Shown piece by piece: positions 22,649-33,539 of a stretch of DNA of 64,000 nt (position 1 is its first letter; each line of letters starts with the position of its first letter). This DNA is from an uncultured Candidatus Rokubacteria bacterium. GTDB lineage: Bacteria > Methylomirabilota > Methylomirabilia > Rokubacteriales > CSP1-6. A model generated the notes under the pieces. That model did not search any database and was not told where the DNA came from. It was given only the letters and a program-made list of their open reading frames with translations. Location: positions 224,001 to 288,000 of the forward strand of contig CAWBMV010000037.1 in NCBI GenBank assembly GCA_963789955.1. Reading direction: 5' to 3'. The position numbers and the translations under genes were made by a program.

Positions 22649-23312
22649 TCTCGCGCCGATCCGCGTCCTGATCGTCGACGACCATCCGATGGTCCGCGAG
22701 GGACTGCGGAGCATGCTCGAGCCCGCCGGCTGCGGCGTGGTGGGCGAAGCCGCAACGGGAGAAGACGCGCTCCGAGCGGTGGCGGCGCTCGCGCCGGACG
22801 TCGTCCTGCTCGACCTCGAGCTACCCGACCTCGACGGGCTCGCAGTGCTCGAGCGGCTCAAGGCCCTGGCGCCGGGCGTCTCGGTCCTGGTGATCACGAT
22901 GCACGATGATCCAGCGCTGGTTCGCCGCGCCATTGTGAGCGGCGCGTCCGGCTATGTGCTCAAGGGCGTCGGGCGCCGCGAGCTCCTGTCCGCACTCGAG
23001 GCCGTGCGGCACGGGGGATCGGTCTTCGACCCGCCGCTGCTCCGGGCGACCCTGTCCGACACGGCGTCGGAGTCGAGAGAGGCCGCCGTCTCCAGGCCCG
23101 CCCGGACCACAACTGCCGTCGCGTTGACGCCAGTCGAGCAAGAGATGCTTCGTCTGGTCGCCCAGGGCCTGACCAACCGGGAGATCGGCGAGCGCCTTCG
23201 CTGGAGCGTGGGCACCGTGAAGAAATACCTGCAGCGCACGCTCGAGAAGCTCGACGTCTCGGACCGCACGCAGGCCGCGGTCGAGGCCGTCAAGCGCGGA
23301 CTCCTGTCCTGA
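22626..23312 (+). CDS. NarL/LuxR-family response regulator
   Basis: VLIVDDHPMVREGL, VLLDLELP, GLTNREIGERL and DRTQA motifs. Confidence 0.93.
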   Translation: MASPPRPDLAPIRVLIVDDHPMVREGLRSMLEPAGCGVVGEAATGEDALRAVAALAPDVVLLDLELPDLDGLAVLERLKALAPGVSVLVITMHDDPALVRRAIVSGASGYVLKGVGRRELLSALEAVRHGGSVFDPPLLRATLSDTASESREAAVSRPARTTTAVALTPVEQEMLRLVAQGLTNREIGERLRWSVGTVKKYLQRTLEKLDVSDRTQAAVEAVKRGLLS

Positions 23313-23333
23313 TCCCGCCGTGACGATCTCTCT

Positions 23334-25672
23334 TCAAAAGCGCACCGTGATACCGCCCCAGCCGGCGATGGGAGCCCCGGGCGCGACGAACCGCTCGACG
23401 CCGATGGGGTCGGCGAATGCGTTGAAATTCAGGGCACCCGCTGTCACGTAGTGGGCGTTGGTGACGTTGTCGACGCGTCCCCACAGCTCGACCTGCTTGA
23501 TCGGGAAGTAGCGAAAGGAAAGATTCAAGGTCGTGTACCCGTCCAGCTTGGGCTGGTCGTTGCCGTCGTCGCCGCGCAGATAGCTCCCGGACACGTGGAT
23601 GACGTTGGCGCCCGCGAAGAAGCCCTTCAGGATTTCGACCTCTGCCCCCGCCTTGAGATTCTGGGCCGGGATGCCGGGGATGTGGTCCCCGGTCCTGACT
23701 CGGACACCGCTGGGATCGGTGACGCTCGCCAGCGTCTCGTTACTCTGGTAGGTGGCATCGACGTAGGCGTAGTTCAGAAAGTACCCGATCCGCTTCCACC
23801 GCCCCTGCAAGCCAGCCTCGATGCCCTGGCGTCGCGTGTTGGCCACGTTCTGGAAGAAGCCGGCTCCTCCGGTCTCGGCCACGATGAAGAGGATGTCGTC
23901 CGTCAGGTCGGTGCGAAAAAACGAGAGGCTCCAGAGGAACGTATCACCGAGCGGCAGCTTCCCCCGTAGACCGAATTCGTAGGTGCGCGCCACGACGGGG
24001 TCGAGCGGGGGGTCCGCGACGAAAGCGTTGGGGAGCCGGCAGGGCGCGTCGGCGTCGGCGCACGTGAGCTCGGCCGGGGTCGGCGCGCGGAACCCCTCGC
24101 TGTACGAGAAGAACGTCGTCAGATTGGTGATCGGTTGGTAAGTGAGCCCGACCATCGGGCTGACGTGGTCGAAGCTGTGGTCGCCGTCGAGATCCGGATT
24201 GCCGCCCGAGCGGTCGCGGATGTCGATACTGACGTGCTGAAACCGCCCCCCCAGGGTGATGCCCAGCTGGGGAAGGATCTCGAACGTGTCGGCCACGTAC
24301 ACGCCGACGTTCTGTTGTCCGGTTTCGACGTCGACCTCGGCCTCGAAGTCCGCGGTCCGCGCCGTGCCCACGCTGTTGCCCTGGGGCACGAAGTCCGACG
24401 GCGCCTCGCTCTGGGTGAAGCGAGTAGCGTGTCCATCATAGGCGACCCCGACGGTGACCCTGTTGTGTCGGTCGAAGATTTTGCCCTGGTGCTGGAACTG
24501 CAGCGTCACGCCCCAGTCCTGCGTGCGCGTCTTGGTGCTGCGGTCCTGGCCCTCCGCTTCGAGCTCGAGGTTCCCGGCGAGAGGGTTGCCATCCGAATCG
24601 AAGAGTCCCACGGCCGAGCCTCGGCAGAGTCCCAGGTGCAGCGGGCGCCCGCTAGCCGTGAAGGCTTGCGCATCCGTGGCGTCGTTGACGCAGTTGACCT
24701 CGGCGTCGCCGTTCAACGTTTCGCGCTGGTAGTTGCGATAGAACGCGTTGCCCGACAGCAGCACGGTGTCCGTCAGCCACTGACTCGCCCGCACGATTGG
24801 CCAGGTGCATGACGTTCTTGGTCTGGTCGGGAAAGGTGTACACGGCGCTTCGATCCACGGCCAAGGTGCTCTCGGGCACGAGCCCGTTCCCGACGAGTTT
24901 GTCGTTGGCGAAGATGTAGCTCAGCTCGACGTCGGTTTGGGACGTTCGGTATCCCACCTTGGCGAACAGCTGGCGCAAATCGGTCGGCGACTCGTCCCGC
25001 CAGCCGTTCTCGCTGAGAGCATTGAAGCCCAGGAACCAGTCGAACGAGCCCCGGGAGCCGCCATAGGAGCTCTCGACGGCCCAGCGCCCCCATGAGCCGC
25101 CGGAGGCGGCGATCTCGATACCGGGAAAGTCGAAGCCACGCTTGGTGCGTAAGGAGAGCGCGCCGCCGAGCGTGTTCAACCCGAAGAGTGGATTGGAGCC
25201 GGGGATAATGTCGACCCCGGCGATCGCGAACTGGGGGATGAGATCCCAGTTGAGCGTGTCGCCGAATCCGTCGTTGAAGCGCATACCGTCCAGATAGACG
25301 GACAAGCCGATCGGGCTACCGGTCAGAGGGCCGCCGAGGAAGCCCCGATACGTGAGGCGTTCTGCCAGGGTTGCCCTGGCTGCCGATCGTGTTCACCGAG
25401 CCGAGATTGCGAAACAGCTGCTCGGGAAGATTGGGGAGGTTCTGCTTCTTGATCTCCTCCGCGGTCACTCGCTGAGCGTTGCCGGGGTATTTCTCCAGCG
25501 GAATCCCAAGGGACGGGAGCGGCGTGGTGCCGATGACCTGGACGGGCGGGAGCTGAATGGCCTCCTCGGGCTGTCCTGTCGTTCTCTCCGGGGAGGCCGG
25601 CGGCGCCTGGGCCGCCACGGGCGAGCTGACGAGCAGAGCCAGTATCACCACCTGCGGGATGACCGAACGCAT
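23334..25672 (-). CDS. TonB-dependent receptor, frameshifts near 25360-25315 and 24795
   Basis: Signal peptide MRSVIPQ...AAQA, plug 'SVYLDGMRFNDGFGDTLNWDLIP', 'PGSNPLFGLNTLGGALS', SEGFRAP and C-terminal Phe. Confidence 0.88.
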
Positions 25673-25746
25673 CGCTGTCCTCTCGCGGCCGTGGGTCGTG
25701 GCTGTGCCTAGTGTGGTAGCGGCAATCAAATAAGTCGTGCAAGGCC

Positions 25747-25770
25747 CAGATGGCCACAAATCAGATGGCC
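25747..25770. repeat. 9-bp direct repeat CAGATGGCC x2 upstream of the TonB-dependent receptor
   Basis: Copies at 25747-25755 and 25762-25770. Confidence 0.5.
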
Positions 25771-26807
25771 GCCTGGCTACGGCGACCACCACGCGCCGGA
25801 CGGTCTCGGACGAGCTCGTCACGATCAAGGATCTTCTGATCAGCGAGGCCCAAACCTTCTGCGAGAGTCCCAGAATTCGTCGTCCCCAGGTGCCCGAGGA
25901 TGAGCACGACAAGACTCACCACGACGGCCGCGCCCAGAACCCTCAAGGACCGCTCGATATCCCGGAAGACCGGCAGGTTGCCCGCTCCGAGCCGATAGGC
26001 GCCGGGCTTCTCGAGGAGCACGCCGAGCGCGCCCGCCATCGCGGACATGGTCCAGCCCGCGTTCGGGCTCGCCGTCCGACGGCGATCGCGCCGCAGCGCC
26101 GCGAAGGCGCCGCCCGCGCTCTCGCCGGCCAGGGCGGCCGCGGCGACGACGCTCAGACCGGCCAGCCGCGCCGGAATCAGATTCAGGAGGTCGTCGAGCC
26201 GCGCCGCGACCTTGCCGAAGTATTCGAGTGGGCCCACGCGATAGCCGAACATCGCGTCCGCGGTGTTGATCACGCGATAGACCGCCGCACCCGCGAGCCC
26301 TCCGGCGAGAAACCACAGCGCCGGCGCCACGAGGCTGTCGGTCAGGTTCTCGGCGACGGACTCGATGGTGGCCGAGGCGACATGCCCCTCGTCGAGCTCC
26401 TCGGTGGGGCGGCTCACCAGGTGATATCCGACCGCTCGGCGAGCGGCGACGAGATCGCCGCGGCCGAGCTCCCCGGCCACTTCACGCGCGGCGCCGGCGA
26501 GTCCGCGGAGGGAGAGCAGGCACGTGAGCGCGAGGGCCTCGACAAGCAGCCCGGCGAATCCGAGGCGAGCGGCGAGCGCCGTCACGGCCATGGCGGCGAC
26601 ACTCGCCAGGCCGGCGACACCGAGAGTGAGCGCGGCGCCGCCGGCGAGGAGCACCGCCGGCGGGCCGTGGCACAGACGGACCCGGCCCGCGGCGAGGAGC
26701 CGGCCGAGCCACGCGACGGGATGGTAGCGGTTGGGCGGATCGCCGAAGGCCAGATCGATCGCGAGAGCCAGGAGCAGAACGAGAGGCTTGGCGACTTCCG
26801 GGCTCAG
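25761..26807 (-). CDS. cbiB: Adenosylcobinamide-phosphate synthase CbiB; ends approximate
   Basis: DLAFGDP..YHPV, LVSRPT, ESVAENLTD, YRVINTADAMFGY, SPNAGW and LEKPGAY motifs. Confidence 0.9.
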   Translation of the reverse strand: MSPEVAKPLVLLLALAIDLAFGDPPNRYHPVAWLGRLLAAGRVRLCHGPPAVLLAGGAALTLGVAGLASVAAMAVTALAARLGFAGLLVEALALTCLLSLRGLAGAAREVAGELGRGDLVAARRAVGYHLVSRPTEELDEGHVASATIESVAENLTDSLVAPALWFLAGGLAGAAVYRVINTADAMFGYRVGPLEYFGKVAARLDDLLNLIPARLAGLSVVAAAALAGESAGGAFAALRRDRRRTASPNAGWTMSAMAGALGVLLEKPGAYRLGAGNLPVFRDIERSLRVLGAAVVVSLVVLILGHLGTTNSGTLAEGLGLADQKILDRDELVRDRPARGGRRSQAAI

Positions 26808-28332
26808 GACCTGGGAAATGAGAGCCCCACGAGCTTGGCCAGGGCCCCGAGGTCCACCGCGCGCGCCACGGCATCGGCGAGGAGCTCGTATCGGTCGCCG
26901 GCCGGCGTGCCCCACCGCGGATCGGCCACAATCCCCTTCCGCGCCGCCAGCGATCTCAAGAATGCGCGACGCAGCGAGTCGTTCGCGAAGAGGCCGTGAA
27001 GGTAGGTGCCGACCACGTTGCCGGCTGCGCTCACGGCGCCGTCGGCGTCGTGGACCGCGCGATTGCCCCGCTCCACGATCGTGAACGGCGTCGGCGAGCT
27101 CGCGCTCGTTCGACCCGCGTGGATCTCGTAGGCGACGACCTCGCTGCCGGCGGCTCCGGAGAACGGCCCCGACATCTCGGCCACCCGGGCTCGAACACGG
27201 ACGGTCGTCTTGCTGGGCTCGAAGGTCGTGACGACCGGCAACAATCCGAGCCCTTGCGTCGAGCGCGCGTCGGATTCGACGTGATCCGGGTCGTGCACGG
27301 CTTCGCCGAGCATCTGGTAGCCCCCGCACACGCCGACGATCGGCTGCCCGTCCGCCGCCGCGCGCCGGATCGACTGCGCCAGCCCGGTGGCGAAGAGCCA
27401 CTGCAGGTCGGCGACGGTGCCCTTGCTGCCCGGCAGCACGATGACGTCGGCGCCGCGGAGCTCGTCGGCGTCGCGCACGAAGCGCACGTGAACGCCGGGC
27501 TCCCCCGCGAGCGGCTCGAAGTCGTCGAAGTTCGAGATGAGCGGCAGGCGGACGACCGCGACGTCGAGCGCGCCGGGCGCGCCCCAGCGCGATGGCTCGT
27601 CCAGATCGAGCGAGTCCTCGGAGGGCACGAGCCCCGCTTCGAGATACGGCACGACTCCGAGCACCGGCACCCCGGCGCGCGCGCTGAGCTCGGCAAGCCC
27701 GGGGGTCAGTACGGTCGCGTCGCCCCGGAATCGGTTGACGATGAGGCCGCCGACCCGCGCGCGGTCATCGCGGATCGAGCAGACTCAGGGTGCCGAGCAG
27801 GGCGGCGAACACGCCGCCGCGATCGATGTCGCCCACGAGCAGCACCGGCGCGTCCGCCATGCGCGCGATCGTCATGTTGACGATGTCGCTGTCGCGCAGG
27901 TTGATCTCGGCCGGGCTCCCGGCGCCCTCGATGATCACCAGATCCCACGCCTGTCGAAGCCGGGCGAGACTCTCGCCGACGATCGGCAGAAGCTCCGCCT
28001 GCATGCGCCTGATACTCGCGCCAGGTGACGCTCGTGACCGCGCGGCCGCGCACGACGACCTGCGAGCGATAACCGGGCTCGGGCTTGAGGAGGATCGGGT
28101 TCATGTCGACGGTGGGCTCGATGCCGGCGGCGGCCGCCTGCGCCGCCTGCGCGCGCCCGATCTCGCCGCCCTCGCGCGTGACGGCGGCGTTCAGCGACAT
28201 GTTCTGCGACTTGAACGGCGCGACCCGGTAGCCGGCGCGCGCGAAGATCCGACAGAAGGCCGCGGCCAGCAGGCTCTTGCCGACGCCGGAGGCGGTGCCC
28301 TGGACCATGAGACACGGCGCCGCGGTACTCAT
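26804..28332 (-). CDS. cobQ: Cobyric acid synthase, frameshifts near 28005 and 27770
   Basis: [56 protein letters not shown] and GTYLHG motifs. Confidence 0.93.
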
Positions 28333-29124
28333 CGCCCGAAGCGGACGCTCAGCTCCGGCACGGAACGCGTAGTCGGGGCTCTGTCCGGCGAGGGACGTCT
28401 GCACCGCCGCGTCGAACGCGATCGTCGGGGTCAGCACGAACTGGAGACCCGCGTCGAAGCCGACGGAGCTACGTGCCCCGCGCTCGGCGGCCGAGGAGAC
28501 GAAGACTTCCGCGTACGCCGACCATCGCTCGCCGAGGTCGTGGCTGAGCGAGGCCGAGCCGAACCCCTGGGCGAGATAGCCGCTGGGACGCTGCGCCAGC
28601 GCGTTGACACCGAGATTCGCGTCCAGGCTGAATTCGCCGGGCAACGCGAAGGTCGCGAGACCGGTGAGGCCGAAATCCGGCACGTTGGTCCCGTGCGGAG
28701 CGTGGGCGGTGGGAAATGTGACGATCGGGAGCAGACCGAGCGAGGGCCACCAGCGGCCCTCGCGGCCGTCGAAGAAGCGGTACTTCGCCTCGAGGGAGAC
28801 ATCGCCCCATCCGGTGTCGTCCTGCGCGCCTCTCAGCACGACGACGGGCTCGCCGTCGAGCCTGAGCTCCAGGTGCTCCGTGATCCCGGCCCGCAAGGTG
28901 ACGTCGAGCGTGAGCTGCCGCTCGGCGGGACTGCCGCCGATGCTCGTCCGCGAATACTCGACGCCGCTCTCGATCTGAAGCGCGCCAGGCTGGACGGTAT
29001 ACGTGCTGGTCGAGACGCTGGGACGATCGGTCTGGATGCGCTCGGACTCGGCCGCCGGCGCGACGGACGCGGTCACGATCACAGCCCAGCACGCCGCGCC
29101 GAGGCTCCACGCCGCGGCCCGCAC
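28329..29124 (-). CDS. Outer-membrane beta-barrel 'transporter' (MetA-pathway/phenol-degradation-like family)
   Basis: Signal peptide, [32 protein letters not shown] and amphipathic strands; last codons frameshifted. Confidence 0.75.
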
Positions 29125-29128
29125 GAGG

Positions 29129-29644
29129 TCAGCCGCCCGCGTATCGGCGCTGGAGCTCCTGCCAGAGCTCCGTCTTCTCCCAGCGGGGCTCCCGGAGGCG
29201 CTGCCACTTCTCGTCGAAGTGGGGATTCGGGAACAGGACCGTGACCATCTGCTCGCCCCGGCCGTTCCAGAGCCGGAGGCCCCATGTCGCGGGCGCGCAC
29301 GAGCCGCCCTCGGTCTTGAAGAACGCGGCCCGGGCCACGCGCCGGATGCGCGCGAGCTCGGCGCTGCGGGTACCGCGATGATCGTTGACGCAGAGATGAA
29401 AGTGCCAGGCGCCCGTGTCGACGGTCAGATAGCCGTCGAGCATCGTGACCTTCGGCGGAGTGGCGAACTGGATCTCGTACGCCGCGCCCTCGATCAGCGG
29501 CCCGACCGTGAGCTCGGCCCAGTGCTCGGTGAAGAGCTGAACGAGCAAACGCTCGACGCTGTCGCCCTCGACGGCCATGTCGTGATACTCGGTCGTCGTT
29601 CCATCGAGGCCGTGCTCGATCGCCGGCGCCGCGTTTCGCCGCAT
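29129..29644 (-). CDS. Hypothetical protein, ChuX/HutX/HemS-like sequence pattern
   Basis: 171-aa ORF with host codon usage inside the B12 operon; [32 protein letters not shown] and C-terminal WQELQRRY. Confidence 0.75.
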   Translation of the reverse strand: MRRNAAPAIEHGLDGTTTEYHDMAVEGDSVERLLVQLFTEHWAELTVGPLIEGAAYEIQFATPPKVTMLDGYLTVDTGAWHFHLCVNDHRGTRSAELARIRRVARAAFFKTEGGSCAPATWGLRLWNGRGEQMVTVLFPNPHFDEKWQRLREPRWEKTELWQELQRRYAGG

Positions 29645-29667
29645 AGGTGAGCATACTACTGCAGGTC

Positions 29668-30568
29668 TTACTGCAGGTCGAAGACCACCGGCAGACGAAC
29701 TCTCAGCAGTCGGGGCTTGAGACCGCGGGGAAACGGCTGCGGCTCGAGGCTCCTCACGGCTTCCAGCGCGGCCTCGTCGAGCAGAGGATGCGACGACGAG
29801 CCCGTGACGGAGACATCGCCGATCGCGCCATCCGACTTGATGAAGATCTCCAGGTAGACGGTGCCCGTCAGTCCTCGGCTACGCGCAGGCGGCGGATAGC
29901 GGAGCGCATCCAGGATGCGGCGTCTCACCCCGGCCAGATAGCCTCCGTACTCGGCTCCGGGCGCCCCGCCCGCCTGACCCACCCGACGCCAGGGCCGTAC
30001 CGCCACCCGCCCCGCCGGGGCCGGCTCCTGACGTACCCGGACCCGGCGCGGCTCGACCGCCACCGCCCGGCTCGGACGTCGACGCGACTCGCTCACCGAA
30101 CGCGCTGCCCGCATTCTCGCGCGGGGCGCCGGGCGACGGGCTCGGTGCGACGTCGGGCGGAACCTCACGCGCGGGCACGATGGCGACCGCGGGCTCGGGT
30201 TGACGCGCCTCCTGATTCGCCGGCTGCGCCTCTTCGCGCTCGCGCACGGGCGCCGGCTCGGGCGGCGCGGAAGGCGTGACGGGCGACGACACGGCCGGAG
30301 CGGGGGCGGGCGACCGTGCCGGCCCGGACCGGCCGCCATCGCGCCCAGCCGGGCGAGCCGACCCGGTCGAGACTCGCTTCGCCTCGCCACCGCCGCCCGC
30401 GGCAGATCCCGCCGCGGCGACTGGAGCTGCACGCTCTTCGAGCGACTCCAGGTCGACGAAGAGGACACTCGGGTGCGATTCGCCGGAGGTGAGGACAAAG
30501 AGCAGAGCGACCGCGCCGCCGTGCGCCGCGATCGAGGCGAGCAAGGTCGCCGCCGGCAGGCGCACCAT
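29668..30568 (-). CDS. tonB: Energy transducer TonB, frameshift near 29975
   Basis: TM 'LASIAAHG', Pro-rich linker, YPPPARSRGLTGTV, SSSHPLLDEAALEAV and PVVFDLQ. Confidence 0.85.
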
Positions 30569-31223
30569 CACCGATGCTCTTCCATCCAGCGCTGGATCCC
30601 GACCTGCAGCGCGTCGTGGGCCGCGCGTGCGACCACCCAGCCGAAGTCGCTGATCGGTCCGCCGAACCGGCACCGTGGCCCGCGTCCGGTGGCCGCGACG
30701 ACGACCGAGTCGGTCGACGTGCCGCTCGCCACGCGGCCGTCGTCGCACCGAAGGTCCGCCGGACGCGAGCAGCGATGCCTTGACCTCGGTGACCGTCATC
30801 ACCGCGTTGACGAGCGCCGCGGCCTCGGGATCGCCGTCCACGACGACGATCGAGTTGATCGTCGTCGGTGCCCACACGCCGACGGGCGTCCGGCCCGCCG
30901 CGATTCGGTTCGACAGACCGACCGTCACGACCGCGAGGGCGGTCAATCCCGGACCCGCTGGCTTCGGCGACGACCGCTTTCTCCGTCCACGCCGAGGTGA
31001 GCAGGCCGATCCAGGGCCCGCGGATCTCTCGCCGCTCGACGAATCGCGGTAGCAAGCCGTCCGTCTCCGCTTCCGGGATGTTCTTGCGGACGTGCAGGTT
31101 CACGATCGCGCGGGCCGTGGTGAATCCACCGCCGACGAACGCCGAGGACAGGATCGTCAACGGCTCGCGCGCCGTGACGACGACCGCCTCGCGATCGACC
31201 GCGACCTCGATTCCATCGATCAT
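30568..31223 (-). CDS. cbiZ: Adenosylcobinamide amidohydrolase CbiZ, frameshifts near 30945 and 30765
   Basis: LSSAFVGGG, IGLLTSA, VTVGLSN, TINSIV, AVMTVTEVK and (third frame) ASGTSTDSVVV. Confidence 0.82.
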
Positions 31224-31323
31224 TCGCGCTCGCACCTTCTTGCTGTCGCCATCCGGAGTCCTGGTTGCGCCGGCCGGCGGCACGCGCCCGGCGCGAGTGT
31301 CGTCCGGCCCGGCTCGGGAAAGT

Positions 31324-33290
31324 CTAGAACGACACGCGCAGCCCGGCCAGCGCGTTGATGCCGAGCGCCGGGAAGCCTCGGACCTCCGAGTAGTCGTTGT
31401 TGGTCAGGTTCTGGATGCGCGTCCACAGATCGACGCGCCTGGATGAACGCGTAGCGCTGGAAAAGTCGGTACGTGCCGCCGGCGTTCACGACCCCGTAGG
31501 CGCTGTTCCACACCCACGCCGCCGCCCGACGATCGGCTCGAACTGCTTGCTCATCCACAGCCTTCGCCGAAGAGCTCGAGCCGAGGGATCGGACGCCATG
31601 TCAGCCGGAGGTTCACGCGATCCTGCGGCTCACGCGGCAAGGGCCGGTGGGTTTGCAGATTTTCCGTGTCCGTGATAGGTGTAGTTCAGCGACGCGGTGA
31701 GATTGTCGAGGATGTCGACATCGGAGACGAACTCGATGCCTTTCGAGCGCACCTTGCCGAAGTTCACACCCATCACGAACGGCGGCGTGGCGATGGGCAC
31801 GAACCCGATCAGATTCGTGATCTCCTGGTGGAAATACGTCAGACCGAGACGGATCCGGTCCTTCCAGAGCTTCTGGTCGACGCCGAAGTCGTACCCGAAG
31901 CTGTCTTCGGGCTTCAAGTTGGGATCGGAGAACCCCGGGAAGAAGAGGTCGTTGAAGGTCGGCGCCCGGAAACCCGAGCCGGCGCCGCCGTGGATCCTGC
32001 GTGCCCCACTCGCGGATCACGTAGGCGAGCGAGCCTCGCTCCGTCCAGTGGGTGCCGTAGATGCTGTTGTCCTCGACGCGAAAGCCCGCCGACATGAACA
32101 GGCGGTCCCACAAGCGAAACGTCTGCTGGAAAAAGACCGACTTCGTATGGCTCGTGCCGTCGAACGCCGAGCTGCCCTGAGCCTCGCCGTCCTCGGTGCG
32201 GTACTCGAGCCCGATCGTGCTGGTCGACCAGGGCCCGATGTGGAAGTGGTTCAGCAGCTCCGCCTCCCAACGTTCGGTTTTGAAGCGCCCGGGAAACTCG
32301 CAGAACGGGGGAAACGGGCATTCCTCGGCCGCATCTGGTGCATCCATGAACGCCTGGTTGCTCTCGTAGCGTCCGAGGCGCAGCTCGGCCTCCCACCACT
32401 CGACGGGCTTGGTCCGGCCGTTCAGCGCCATCACCCACGTCTCGGTGAGCTGGTGGGCGTTGGAGTCGATGATCGGCTCGTTCGGCAGCGCCCCCGTGTT
32501 CGAGGTGAGGAACTTCACGGGCACGCCCGTCGCGTTCTGGTCCCAGCGCAGGGTGAATGCGATCGAGCTGTCCCACGGCAGCGAGACCCCGAGGCGCAGG
32601 TTGACCGCGTTCTTGTCCGAGCTGTCGTTCTTGAACTGGCCGTTCGATTCCAGATGGGAGATCGAGCCCGCGTAGTCGAGGAACGAGTAGGCGCCGCTGA
32701 ACCAACCCCGGCCGGTGTAGGTGTCGTAGTTGCCCGCTCCGCCCTCGACGGTCGCCGAGAACGGTCCCTTACCCTTCTTCGTGATGATGTTGACGACGCC
32801 GCCGATCGCGTCGGCCCCGTACAGCGTCGACTGCGGCCCGCGGATCACCTCGATACGTTCGATCAGGTCGGGAGAGATGTCGGAGAGGTCGGCCTGCCCC
32901 GTCGTCGCGCTCTTGACCCGGACGCCGTCGACGAGGACCTGAACCTGGTTGGCGTTGGCGCCGCGGATGCTGATGTTGGAGACCTTGCCGTAGCTCCCCG
33001 CCCGGCGGATCGTCGACGCCGGGCACGTTGCGGAGCACGTCCTCGACGGTCTCGAAGTGATACTTCTGCACGTCGTCGCCGGGGACGACCGTGACCGAGG
33101 CGCCGAGCTGCTCGGCGCGCGTCTCCAGCTTGGTGGCGGTCAGGACCACGGGATCGAGGTCACGCACCGGCGCGGGAGCCGGCGCAGGAGCCGGTACGGG
33201 CGTCGGCGCGGGAGCCGGCTCCTGCGCGGCGAGCATCCCCGCGGGAATCAGCAACACGAGTGGCAACAGCAGGCGAACGATCCAGAGCAT
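31324..33290 (-). CDS. btuB: TonB-dependent cobalamin receptor (BtuB-like), several frameshifts
   Basis: DPVVLTATK, IRGANANQVQVLVDGV, IRGPQSTLYGADAIGGVVNIIT, FRAPTFNDLF and C-terminal Phe; directly under a B12 riboswitch. Confidence 0.88.
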
Positions 33291-33337
33291 GCGGCTTCAC
33301 TCCTTCTTCCACGAAAGGGTTGGAAGCGATCGCCCGG

Positions 33338-33500
33338 AACAGGTCTCCTGACTCGTGGATCGTCGCGCCGCGCCCAGCCTTCCCGTCCGCGTCGGCGCGG
33401 ATAGTGGCAATCTCGGGCGCGTGCTCCCCACTCACAGTGGCGGGTCCGTGCCGGTCTCGGCCGCCTTCGGCCTCACCGGCTTCCCTTGATCCGGAGCGAA
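33338..33500 (-). ncRNA. Cobalamin riboswitch upstream of btuB
   Basis: Minus strand AGGGAAGCCGGTG...CCGGCACGGACCCGCCACTGTG...GCCACT...GGGAAGG...GAGTCAGGAGACCTG contains the B12-element core and B12 box. Confidence 0.93.
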
Positions 33501-33539
33501 TTCTCGAAGTGCTACCTCGTGTGGCCGACCTCCTTTCTC

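Noticed and set aside
27706..29124. Apparent barrel-CobQ fusion, and similarly the CobS-CobC fusion ORF 47160..48347
   Set aside because: Each results from a single-base frameshift near the end of the upstream gene; natural stops exist in the adjacent frame (28329 and 47753).
29657..29679. 11-bp tandem duplication TACTGCAGGTC at the tonB stop
   Set aside because: A short slippage duplication of the final codons with nothing inserted between the copies, so not a target-site duplication.
33165..33225. Repetitive GC-rich tract near the btuB start
   Set aside because: Encodes a Pro-Ala linker (PAPAPTPVPAPAPAPAP) after the signal peptide; not a DNA repeat element.
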